Positions 18,355 through 26,876 of a stretch of 64,000 nt of DNA are shown one piece after another. The stretch is from an uncultured delta proteobacterium (lineage in GTDB: Bacteria > Desulfobacterota > Binatia > HRBIN30 > BPIQ01): assembly GCA_963761335.1 (NCBI GenBank), contig CAVXGR010000021.1, forward strand, positions 1-64,000, written 5' to 3'. The notes below the pieces were generated by a model. That model was not told the DNA's origin. It did not search any database and worked only from the letters and a program-made list of their open reading frames with translations. Position 1 is the stretch's first letter. Each line of letters starts with the position of its first letter. The translations under genes were made by a program, and so were the position numbers.

Positions 18355-20382
18355 TCAGTCATCGGGGGCGAAGTGAAGCACTGCGTTCGCCTCCAGCATG
18401 GTTCCTTCGAGGAGAGCGTTCCACAGGTTACCCGCTTTCGCCCCCCGCAATGCACGATCCAGATCCTCCGTGGAAAAGCCAAACCTCCCGCCCGCAAATC
18501 CATACTCGCGGCTGATTTCGCGCAGGCACGTATCAGGCCACAAAACAAGCAAACGCGACAGGTCATCCGCCAAAGTTGATATCGACTCTGTGTGGAATTG
18601 TCCTACCAGCATCGGTACCAGCTTCGTCATCACTGGCACGAGTAACTGACCGATCTCGTCGAAGATCTGTGACGCTCGACGTTTGCGCCCGCGTTTCCCA
18701 CTCGTGCGAAAATTCTCACATGCTCGGCCAAAGGTTGGGAGGGTGACCACGCGCATTGCCTCCTCCAAGTTCTCAGACAGCTCGATCCCGGCCGCCCGGA
18801 TCTGCTGCACGAGTTCTTGTAGCGAAGTGGCCCGGCGATACGCCTGGTACGGCTCCAGATAGAGACAGCCCTCAAGCAATGAGGCAACAGGCTGCGAGGT
18901 CATGGAAAGGTAGTCGCGGATTGCCGTTGAACTGCATCCCAGAAGTCGAGCGACGATCTCGTATACCCGGTCCTCGTCGCCGAGCGCGGCATACACCCTG
19001 CCCAGTTCAACGACTCGGCCCAAGCTTTCGCCAGCGGCACCGATGAAGTGTTCCAGATGATCAGCGGCGGCTTGTCGATAGGCAGGATTCTGACGCCACA
19101 GTTGCGCCAAAATCGTGGTCTTTAGGTTCAGGAGTTCCTCAGCTGCCGGCGCTACATCAAGCCCCGCGTCAACGGACTTCAACGCAGACTCGCTATCGCC
19201 CGCCTTGTGCGCCGTCAGCGCTGACCAGTACCACACTCGCGGCCACCGAATGTCGATATTGGGGTCTCTGTCGATCGCCTGCTGAAGGATGGCACGCGCC
19301 TCGTCGAAGCGCTGATAGGCTAGGATGAGTGTGACCGCCTTACTACAAAGCGCCTCAGGTAAGTTGGGATCAATCTTCAAGGCACGGTCGTAGCACCGTA
19401 GTTCCTTCTTGTGGTCGTGCAAATGAAAGTAGACTGTGCCCAAATTCTTCCACACATTCGCGCGATCTGGCGCCATCTCGGCTGCGATGGTGAGCATATC
19501 CCTGGCGGACTCGTACTCTCCCAGTGCCTCTAGAGCATTTCCGTAGTTGTAGAAATGGACCCACCGAGCGTCTGCAGCAGTCAGCTGCCCGAATATCTCC
19601 TTCGCTCGAAGAATTCCGGCACGAGATCCTGTGCTGATTCCTTCTTCGGTGAGGATGCAGGCCTTTATGGACAGGCTCTCTTTGTCGCCGGAGTCGAGCG
19701 CGAGAGCACGACGGATACTGCCGAGCGCATCTCGGTATCGATAGGTAGAGTACTGTGACCACGCCAGAGCCTTCCAAAGCGAGGGATCGTGAGGATTGAG
19801 CTCGGTAAGTTCGCTGAATGCGGCCGTCGCTGCCTCGAAGCGTTCTTCCGCAAACTGCCTCCATGCCGCTTGAGTTTCCCGCGGAGGATCGGGCGGCGTA
19901 TCCATAGGCCTTTCGGCGATCGTGCGGTCTAGCGGAAGGGAAACGCCCAAGTGGCGAGCCGCCAAATCCGGATGCCGCTCTTCGAGCCGATGCCGCAACC
20001 ACTCACGCTCAAAGATCTCCAGTGCCCAGCCGAACTCCGCGAGCACATGAGCGCGTAGCTTGTCCCGCTTCTCACCCGTGATCGAGCGCGACGTAACGAA
20101 GACAAAAGCTTCAAGCTCGTGACCGAGGCGTTTGACGTTTCGGAGTTCCCGATGCAGCTTCCGCTCCCAGCGCCCGTCTAGGGAATATTGGAAGAAAGTG
20201 GTGCCGCAGTGCGAGTGGACTCCACGATAAATGCGGATCTCGGCATCACGACCGTGATCTCGTTGACCTCCGACCGGAAGGATATCTTGGTACCCTTCGC
20301 GCGACAGAAGATCGGTGCAAAGGCGCTCAAATTGCCGGTCGTCGAGTTCGTTGTCGATATTCCACAGGACCTGATTGTGCAT
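18355..20382 (-). CDS. Mrr-like restriction-endonuclease domain fused to a TPR array (putative defence protein)
   Basis: N-terminal FERLCTDLL...GGQRDHGRDA...FFQYS...FVFVTS...IFEREWL; multiple TPRs (FYNYGNALEALGEYESA, VWKNLGTVYFHL); visibly more A/T-rich than the flanks. Confidence 0.75.
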   Translation of the reverse strand: MHNQVLWNIDNELDDRQFERLCTDLLSREGYQDILPVGGQRDHGRDAEIRIYRGVHSHCGTTFFQYSLDGRWERKLHRELRNVKRLGHELEAFVFVTSRSITGEKRDKLRAHVLAEFGWALEIFEREWLRHRLEERHPDLAARHLGVSLPLDRTIAERPMDTPPDPPRETQAAWRQFAEERFEAATAAFSELTELNPHDPSLWKALAWSQYSTYRYRDALGSIRRALALDSGDKESLSIKACILTEEGISTGSRAGILRAKEIFGQLTAADARWVHFYNYGNALEALGEYESARDMLTIAAEMAPDRANVWKNLGTVYFHLHDHKKELRCYDRALKIDPNLPEALCSKAVTLILAYQRFDEARAILQQAIDRDPNIDIRWPRVWYWSALTAHKAGDSESALKSVDAGLDVAPAAEELLNLKTTILAQLWRQNPAYRQAAADHLEHFIGAAGESLGRVVELGRVYAALGDEDRVYEIVARLLGCSSTAIRDYLSMTSQPVASLLEGCLYLEPYQAYRRATSLQELVQQIRAAGIELSENLEEAMRVVTLPTFGRACENFRTSGKRGRKRRASQIFDEIGQLLVPVMTKLVPMLVGQFHTESISTLADDLSRLLVLWPDTCLREISREYGFAGGRFGFSTEDLDRALRGAKAGNLWNALLEGTMLEANAVLHFAPDD

Positions 20383-20473
20383 CTGCCGATTCCCAGAACG
20401 TTCTACACGGCTCGCGGCAAGAACCGAACTCCGCCTCTAGCGAGGCGCCGGGGCGACTGGAGACTCGGCCGTC

Positions 20474-20830
20474 TCGGTTCCGGGAGGCGCTTTTTTCGCG
20501 CCTAATGCCTTCATTTCTGGCGCAAAATGGGCCTTTCTAAGGAAGAGACGGAATGCCCGGCTCGATCGCCACTATCTTGCGGGCCGCGTGTTGCTCATCG
20601 CGCCTCGCTGCCGGCCGCAAGCAGTTTCTGTGTTTCTGTTGAGGCTCGCTCGCGATCGCCTGTCGTCGAACCAAAGCGTTGCCTCTGCAGATTGAGGTCT
20701 CTGTGGAGACTTTGATGTCCTGCTGCTTACGGCCGTCATTCTCGCCTCGAAATGGCCGGTTTGGGCACAAAATGAGCCTCGGACTCGAGGTGAAGTGTCG
20801 AGATGTCAGGTACTTGCAGAGGTCCGACCC
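20474..20830. mobile_element. second, left-truncated copy of the 17671-18067 element
   Basis: 357 bp, about 23 differences by eye including two 1-bp indels; retains the right end GAGGTCCGACCC but lacks the left IR. Confidence 0.8.
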
Positions 20831-20854
20831 GGAGTTATCACGGAGTTATCCCGA

Positions 20855-21033
20855 CAGCGGCTGCTGGCCAACTACGAGGAGCTGCGCCGCCTGAGCCTGC
20901 GCGACGCGCACACCCTGCAGCACCTGCACGACGAGACCGGCGCCCGGCTCCTGGCCGTCGTCCCGGTGATGAGCGATCTGCCGGTGACCCTGGACAATCT
21001 CGAGAGGTTTGCCGAGTACCTGCAGTGAGCCGC
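20855..21033 (+). pseudogene. orphan duplicate of the ArsA-like gene 2 3' end (direct repeat A, copy 2)
   Basis: Encodes QRLLANYEELRRLSLRDAHTLQHLHDETGARLLAVVPVMSDLPVTLDNLERFAEYLQ* with no upstream gene body. Confidence 0.9.
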
Positions 21034-21076
21034 AGAGGAGGGGGAACGGACCGGGAGAGCAGGTCCTTGGATCTGT

Positions 21077-21481
21077 CTACCGGGCGATTGCGTCGCTGGC
21101 CTTCGCCAGCCTCTCATCGAGGGTCGCGAGGTGGCACTGCAACCGATCCGCGAGCTCGACGTAGGCTGCGTCGTAGGCGGAGAGGCGGAAGCGGCGTGCG
21201 AAGTTGCCGATCCGTTCACGCGCCAGGATCGATTCGTGGTCGAAAGTCGTGCGCGGGACGCGGTCGATCAGCTCGTGGGCCTCTCTGAGCTGCGCGGAGG
21301 TGATTCGCTTCCGGCGCTCGGCAGACAGCAGCAGATTGGTGACCTCGTAGAGCCAGAGGTGCGGTACGCAAAGCTCATCGTCCGAGGAGAGCAGACGGGA
21401 CAGAATCCTTTCCGCGCGGCGCGAGTCCTCGTCGGGTAGAATCCAGGCGCCGGCGAGAGATGCATCCACGACGACCCGCAC
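21077..21481 (-). CDS. vapC: VapC-family PIN-domain toxin
   Basis: VVDAS, LYEVTN, LSAYDAAYVELA, LATLD acidic PIN motifs. Confidence 0.9.
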   Translation of the reverse strand: MRVVVDASLAGAWILPDEDSRRAERILSRLLSSDDELCVPHLWLYEVTNLLLSAERRKRITSAQLREAHELIDRVPRTTFDHESILARERIGNFARRFRLSAYDAAYVELADRLQCHLATLDERLAKASDAIAR

Positions 21482-21482
21482 C

Positions 21483-21734
21483 TCAGCGCCGCCGCCCCTC
21501 TTCGACGAGAGCCTTCAGCGATTCCTTCCCGCATCGCGCCCCATGGCGAAGCTTCCGGAAGCGCTCCAGCAGCTCTTGCGCACCGGCCTGCGCAGCGGTG
21601 GTATCCGTCGCGCTGGTGAGCAAGGCAATGCGCTTTCCTCGCCGCGTGATGTAGATCCGCTGTCCCTTCTCGACCTGGGAAAGAAGCTCGGAAAGCCGGC
21701 TCTTCGCCTCGAACGTCCCTACCTCGATGTCCAT
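21483..21734 (-). CDS. Phd/YefM-family antitoxin
   Basis: VGTFEAKSRLSELLSQVEKGQRIYITRRGKRIALL. Confidence 0.9.
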   Translation of the reverse strand: MDIEVGTFEAKSRLSELLSQVEKGQRIYITRRGKRIALLTSATDTTAAQAGAQELLERFRKLRHGARCGKESLKALVEEGRRR

Positions 21735-21757
21735 CTGGCTAGGATACCTAGCCAGAT
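21733..21757. promoter_or_regulatory. TA autoregulatory operator overlapping the -10 box
   Basis: Perfect 11-bp inverted repeat ATCTGGCTAGG-ata-CCTAGCCAGAT covering minus-strand TATCCT and part of the start codon. Confidence 0.7.
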
Positions 21758-21796
21758 AGACGGCCGCAACCGACGACTCCCGCCTCGCCGGCGGCG

Positions 21797-21840
21797 CCCT
21801 CACCCCGGCCCTCTCCCGCCGGCGATGCGGGAGAGGGAGC
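21797..21840. repeat. REP-like palindrome
   Basis: CCCTCACCCCGGCCCTCTCCCGC...GCGGGAGAGGG. Confidence 0.7.
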
Positions 21841-21885
21841 CCACGCCCGCATCGAGCGAGAAACAGCCGGGGTAGCCGGACGCCG

Positions 21886-24252
21886 TCAGTTCACGTTCAG
21901 GAACAGCTTTAGGAAGCCGAGATCGTACTGCGACTCGACCGAGGTCGGCTGCAGGCCGTCGAGCTGGGGCAGGGGGACATCGCCGAGGCTGCTCTGCAGA
22001 ATCGGCACGATCTGATTCTGGAATACGCTCCACATGAGCCGCAGCTGGGCTTCGTCGATGCCGGTCTCCTTGCTCAGGATCATTATGGCGATGTCCTCCG
22101 GCTGGACGTTCTGGAGCTGCAGGTGAAGGACGACGTCGCCGCTGGACGGATCGACGGCCAGGTTGAAGTCGACGCCGAAGCGGCCGTCGATGAGACCGCT
22201 GAAGACCGTCTCGCCGGTGTCCTGGCGGACCAGATCGAAGCGCCAGTGCGACATCAGCAGCTCGGCCATGGCGCCGTAGGCGCCCGGGGCGCCGCTGAAC
22301 AGCGGCGCGATTCCCAGCGGCTGTCCCTCAGCCGAGAGCATGTGCTCGTGCGTCGGGCTCAGGTGCAGCGCCAGCGGGAAGTCGCCGCCGAGGAGGTCGA
22401 CCAGATTGAGCCCGGGCAGCACTGCGTCGAGCGCCGAGCAGTTGAGGGGCGCTCCGCCGAGGTGATCGATGACCGCCTGTAGGGCACCGGCCTCGACGTT
22501 CGATTCCAGATACTGGTTGAGTGTCGAGGTTGCCACCCCCAGCGCCAGGTCGTACGGCGAGCCGCCCGGGGTGAGCGATCCAAACGACGGCAGAACCTGG
22601 CTGGGCGCGAAGCTTCCCGGCAGGGCCGGCGCGTTCGGTGCGATCGACCCGATCGAGATGGTCGGGTTCCAGGAGAAGGTCAGCCCAAGGATGTCCTCGG
22701 CGACGTCGCGCAGCGGAGCGTCGAGGGCGAGGATGTCGGCGAAGTTGCCCACCGAGGCGAAGCCCTGGAGCACGGCCTGGACGTTCTCGGCCACCTGGGG
22801 ATCGACGCCGCCAGTGGCGCCCTGGAAGAGGTTGCGCAGAGCGTTGCCGATCACGCCGTCGAGACCGATCAGGCCGAAATCGATGGGAATGCCCCCGCAC
22901 ACAGTGGAGCTGCTGCCGAGCGCGCCGAGGTCGACCTGCACGCTGTTGTCGATCTTCTGTACCGAGAGCGGCAGGCCGCTCTGACCCGGACCCACGGTGA
23001 CGTCGGTGTGGATGGTCGTGCGCCCGACCGACACGGATACGGCATTGCAGCTGACGCTGATGTCCGGGAGGAGAGGAACGGGGTTGGGAATCTTGACGTT
23101 GATGTCGAGGGACAGGGTGAATGCCGTGAGCACCACGTTGGTGGTGATCAGACCCTGCTCGGGAACCATGGAGGCCTCCACGTCGGCAGCCGGGCCGGCG
23201 CTGGCGCCGATGTGGACCTGCGCTCCGAGAAGGGAGGCGTCAATGAGATTGCCGCCAAATGGAATCAGATTGACGCTGGTCAATCGGCTCCGCAGGCGGG
23301 ACTGCAGCTCGGAGTCGAGCCGCGTCATCAGCTGATCGTCGAGGCGGGACAACAGGCCGTCGGCCGTCGAGACCCCCGCGGGCACGAGCTGGCCGGCGAT
23401 CACGTCGACGCGGTCGAGACTCACCTCGCCGTCAGGCAGGTGGAGCGCGGCGACGATCGGCTGAACCACGTTGCTCGCGTAGACGGGCAGGTCGACGCTG
23501 AACGTGTTGCCCTGGGGCGTGACCTGCACGCCGTTGACGTCGAGAGTCATGCCCGCCACGGCGTTCTCGATCTCGCCGGAGACGGTGGTCCATCCTCCGC
23601 CGCTGACGAAGCTGCCGTGCTCCGGCGCGGTGAGCCGAACTTTTGGCAGGGTCGACGACGGCGTCGTTTCCGGCGTCGGCGGCGGGTTCCCGGTGCCGCA
23701 GGGCACGGCCACGCCCTTCATCAGGATCTTGTCGGCGTCGTTCCGGCGCACGCGCACGCTGGGGGACTCGATGCGGCCGCAGTAGGACGATCCGCCCACG
23801 TTCAGCTGGACCTCGAGCCATTGGGCAGGGCCCGAGAGGCCGGCGGCACCATACAGGGCCCCCTGTGCCTGGATGATGATGGCGTCGCCCGACCTGCGCG
23901 TCTGCAGCACGAGTCGGCGGATCGCGCCGATGTCGCCGCGCCGGCGGTAGAGCCACGTGCCGCTGCGGGCCGACCAGGCATTGCAGTCGAGCGGGAACTG
24001 CACGCTCTGCCGGTCGGTGCGCAGCTCGACCGATGAGGTCTCAGGGCAGAAGGGGTTGGGCAGGGACCCGACCACGGAGCCGAGATGGGTGAGCTTGATC
24101 GAGGCGCGGTCGCGCTTGGTGCCGAACCGGTTCGACAGGTTTGCGTTTACGTCGCCGGTCAGGTCCATCGCCTGCGCCGCGACGGGCGCCGCCAATGCCA
24201 AAGCCAAAACCCAGGCGACGGCACGCCGAGCCGTGAACTCCGAAGACTTCAT
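21886..24252 (-). CDS. large secreted multidomain protein (Ig-like domain plus possible LBP/BPI-like domain)
   Basis: Signal peptide (WVLALALAAPVAAQA), Pro/Thr linker, VRLTAPEHGS...VSGEIE...VNG Ig-like segment and YDLALGVATSTLNQYL. Confidence 0.65.
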   Translation of the reverse strand: MKSSEFTARRAVAWVLALALAAPVAAQAMDLTGDVNANLSNRFGTKRDRASIKLTHLGSVVGSLPNPFCPETSSVELRTDRQSVQFPLDCNAWSARSGTWLYRRRGDIGAIRRLVLQTRRSGDAIIIQAQGALYGAAGLSGPAQWLEVQLNVGGSSYCGRIESPSVRVRRNDADKILMKGVAVPCGTGNPPPTPETTPSSTLPKVRLTAPEHGSFVSGGGWTTVSGEIENAVAGMTLDVNGVQVTPQGNTFSVDLPVYASNVVQPIVAALHLPDGEVSLDRVDVIAGQLVPAGVSTADGLLSRLDDQLMTRLDSELQSRLRSRLTSVNLIPFGGNLIDASLLGAQVHIGASAGPAADVEASMVPEQGLITTNVVLTAFTLSLDINVKIPNPVPLLPDISVSCNAVSVSVGRTTIHTDVTVGPGQSGLPLSVQKIDNSVQVDLGALGSSSTVCGGIPIDFGLIGLDGVIGNALRNLFQGATGGVDPQVAENVQAVLQGFASVGNFADILALDAPLRDVAEDILGLTFSWNPTISIGSIAPNAPALPGSFAPSQVLPSFGSLTPGGSPYDLALGVATSTLNQYLESNVEAGALQAVIDHLGGAPLNCSALDAVLPGLNLVDLLGGDFPLALHLSPTHEHMLSAEGQPLGIAPLFSGAPGAYGAMAELLMSHWRFDLVRQDTGETVFSGLIDGRFGVDFNLAVDPSSGDVVLHLQLQNVQPEDIAIMILSKETGIDEAQLRLMWSVFQNQIVPILQSSLGDVPLPQLDGLQPTSVESQYDLGFLKLFLNVN

Positions 24253-24349
24253 AGATTCCCCCCGTTGCTCTGAACCCTCGCACCCCCGCCACCTGAGCAC
24301 ACGGCCAGAGTACGAATCCAACTTTAATAGAACGGTGGGATTGCGGATG

Positions 24350-25777
24350 TCAAAGGCTGATTCGCCGTCGGCGGGTGACGCCGGGCGGGGGAGCTTTGCG
24401 GGAGGGATGCGGACCTGGCGGTTGGGACAGCGAGGCCCGCAAGCGCGCGATCACCTCGGGGCGGGCCCGCAAGCGCAGGCGCGTTCCCACCTGGTCGTGG
24501 GTCTCCGCCAGCACCCGGCAGCGGGTGTGGACCTCGCTCACCAGCCGCTGCTGCGCGTAGGGCACCAGCAACTCGTCTTCGATCATCTCTCGTTCGAAGA
24601 ACTCGACGAGGCGCTGCCGCAGATCGGCGACGTCGGCGACAGACTTCGCCGACAGCAGCAGGGCGTCCGGATAGGCGCCCGCCAACTCCGCACGGCGCTG
24701 CTCGTCGACCTTGTCGATCTTGTTGAGGACGAGCAGGCGCGGCGCCTCGGCGGAATCGATCTCCGCCAGCACCTGCGCGGTGACCTCGATCTGCGCCGGG
24801 AAAGCCGGGTCGGCCGCGTCGACCACGTGAAGCAGCAGAGCCGCGTCGCGCGCCTCCTCCAAGGTGGAGCGGAAGGAGGCGACCAGGTCGTGCGGCAGCT
24901 TCTTGATGAAGCCCACCGTGTCGCTCATCAGGATGCGCGGCACGGTTTCCGGCTGCAGAGCGCGGACGGTGGTGTCGAGGGTGGCGAAGAGCCGGTCGGC
25001 GACTGTCAGCTCGCTGGCCGTCAGGGCGCGCATCAACGAGGACTTGCCGGCATTGGTATAGCCGACGATCGCCACTGTGGGCTGGGCATGGCGACGACGG
25101 CGGCGGGTGGCGGCGTCCTTCTCGATCGCGGCGAGCTCGCGGCGCAGCTGGGCGATGCGATCCCGCACCTTGCGGCGGTCGAGCTCCAGATGCGACTCGC
25201 CGGCACCCTTGGCACCGATGCCGCCGCCCTGGCGGTCCTTGCCGCCGCCGCTCTCGCGCAGCCGCGGCGCCAGATACGCCAGTCGCGCGATCTCCACTTG
25301 CAGCACCGCCTCGCGACTGCGGGCGTGGCGCTGAAAGATGGCCAGGATGACGGCGGTGCGATCCAGCACCTCGGCGCCGCTGGCGCGCTCGAGGTTGCGG
25401 GCCTGGGACGGGGTGATGTCGTGATCGACGAGGACCATTCCGGCGTGCTCGTCGTCGGCGTCGTCAGACGCTTCGGCGGGCTCGCGACGATCGCCGCCAG
25501 GGGTTTGGTCGGCGTCGTCGTCTGCAGAAGACGGACCGCCGCCACCCGTCAGGACGGCGAGCTCCTCGAGCTTGCCCTCGCCGATTACCGCGCCCGCCGC
25601 CAGGCATGGACGCTTCTGGCGGAGGTGGGCGGTGACCGTCAGCCCGAGAGTCTGCGCGAGTCGCCCGAGCTCGGCGAGCGACGCGGCGTGCTCCTCGTCG
25701 CTGACCCCGGGCAACTGCACGCCCACGAGCACGGCGCGCTGCCGCCTCTGCAGTGGCATTGGGCCGCGGCCCGTCAT
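24350..25777 (-). CDS. hflX: GTPase HflX
   Basis: DRTAVILAIF..HA, GAGESHLELDRR, GYTNAGKS, LFATLDTT, DTVGFI, NKID. Confidence 0.93.
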   Translation of the reverse strand: MTGRGPMPLQRRQRAVLVGVQLPGVSDEEHAASLAELGRLAQTLGLTVTAHLRQKRPCLAAGAVIGEGKLEELAVLTGGGGPSSADDDADQTPGGDRREPAEASDDADDEHAGMVLVDHDITPSQARNLERASGAEVLDRTAVILAIFQRHARSREAVLQVEIARLAYLAPRLRESGGGKDRQGGGIGAKGAGESHLELDRRKVRDRIAQLRRELAAIEKDAATRRRRRHAQPTVAIVGYTNAGKSSLMRALTASELTVADRLFATLDTTVRALQPETVPRILMSDTVGFIKKLPHDLVASFRSTLEEARDAALLLHVVDAADPAFPAQIEVTAQVLAEIDSAEAPRLLVLNKIDKVDEQRRAELAGAYPDALLLSAKSVADVADLRQRLVEFFEREMIEDELLVPYAQQRLVSEVHTRCRVLAETHDQVGTRLRLRARPEVIARLRASLSQPPGPHPSRKAPPPGVTRRRRISL

Positions 25778-25855
25778 TTCCGTTCCTTCCCGGCAGTCCG
25801 ACAGCGAGGTCGGTGTGGCCGCGAGGGCGGCCGGTTGCGCCGTGGCGAGAAGACA

Positions 25856-25915
25856 CCATGGAGGCCCCCGGTGACCTGCTTCGCCGAAGGCTTCGCAGGG
25901 CAGGGGCCTCCATGG
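25856..25915. terminator. stem-loop/REP-like structure downstream of cspA
   Basis: CCATGGAGGCCCC ... GGGGCCTCCATGG inverted repeat enclosing CTTCGCCGAAGGCT. Confidence 0.55.
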
Positions 25916-25923
25916 CCGATTGG

Positions 25924-26124
25924 TCACAGCTTGGTGACGTTGGATGCTTGCGGTCCCTTTTGGCCTTGGGTCACGTCGAAACTGACCTTCTGGCCTTCCT
26001 CGAGACTGCGGTAGCCTTCACCGATGATCGCCGTGTGGTGGACGAACACGTCGCCGCCCTCGTCGCTGGCGATGAAGCCAAACCCCTTCTCGGAATTGAA
26101 CCACTTCACTGTTCCTTGAGCCAT
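25924..26124 (-). CDS. cspA: cold-shock protein
   Basis: [18 protein letters not shown]...DVFVH...[10 protein letters not shown]. Confidence 0.95.
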   Translation of the reverse strand: MAQGTVKWFNSEKGFGFIASDEGGDVFVHHTAIIGEGYRSLEEGQKVSFDVTQGQKGPQASNVTKL

Positions 26125-26415
26125 GAGCTTTCCCTCCTTTCTTTCGTACTCGTCAGTTGGGAAGCTGCTGGATCCGGAACGCGATAGTAGCTGCGACTGG
26201 GAGGCCGGAGTGTGAGACACCCGCGGCCCTCAAGAACTGCGCTTTCTCCCCGTTGAGACTGTGACACCTGTGTACAGCAGTTGGGCTCAATGCACAAGCC
26301 CAGTTTTGTGGGGGTGCTCACCGGCTCGGCAGGCAAGCCGCCGGGAATGGAATCGCTGCGTCCATCCGCGGCACTTCTTGACACCCCACGGCGCGCGGCA
26401 GTAGGTTGCGCCATC

Positions 26416-26859
26416 ATGTCGGTGAACAAGGCCATTCTGGTCGGAAATCTCGGGAAGGATCCGGAGGTGCGGTTCACGCCCAGCGGGCGTGCGGTGGCCA
26501 AGTTTCCGGTTGCCACCAGCGAGCGCTGGACGGACCAGGACGGCAATCGCCAGGAGCGCACCGAGTGGCACAACATCGTCGTCTGGGGCAAGCAGGCGGA
26601 GACCTGCGGCCAGTACCTGTCGAAGGGACGCCAGGTGTACGTCGAGGGCTCGATCCGCAGCCGGCAGTACGACGACAAGGACGGCAACAAGCGCTACATC
26701 ACCGAGATTGTCGCCCGCGACGTTCGCTTCCTGGGTGGCGGCGGCGGTGGCGGTCGCAGCGTCTCCGACCAGGGCTTCAGCGCGCCCATGGGCGAGGATG
26801 CCGGCGGCCCCGGAGGCCCCGGCAGCCCTGCCGGCACTGACGACGACATTCCATTCTGA
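26416..26859 (+). CDS. ssb: single-stranded DNA-binding protein
   Basis: [17 protein letters not shown]...DDDIPF. Confidence 0.97.
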   Translation: MSVNKAILVGNLGKDPEVRFTPSGRAVAKFPVATSERWTDQDGNRQERTEWHNIVVWGKQAETCGQYLSKGRQVYVEGSIRSRQYDDKDGNKRYITEIVARDVRFLGGGGGGGRSVSDQGFSAPMGEDAGGPGGPGSPAGTDDDIPF

Positions 26860-26876
26860 CGTCCCCACCAGCTCGG

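Noticed and set aside
17348..21033. Diversity-generating retroelement TR/VR pair (repeat at a gene 3' end plus a non-coding copy)
   Set aside because: Differences are not adenine-specific in either repeat pair, are mostly synonymous or conservative, and no reverse transcriptase is present.
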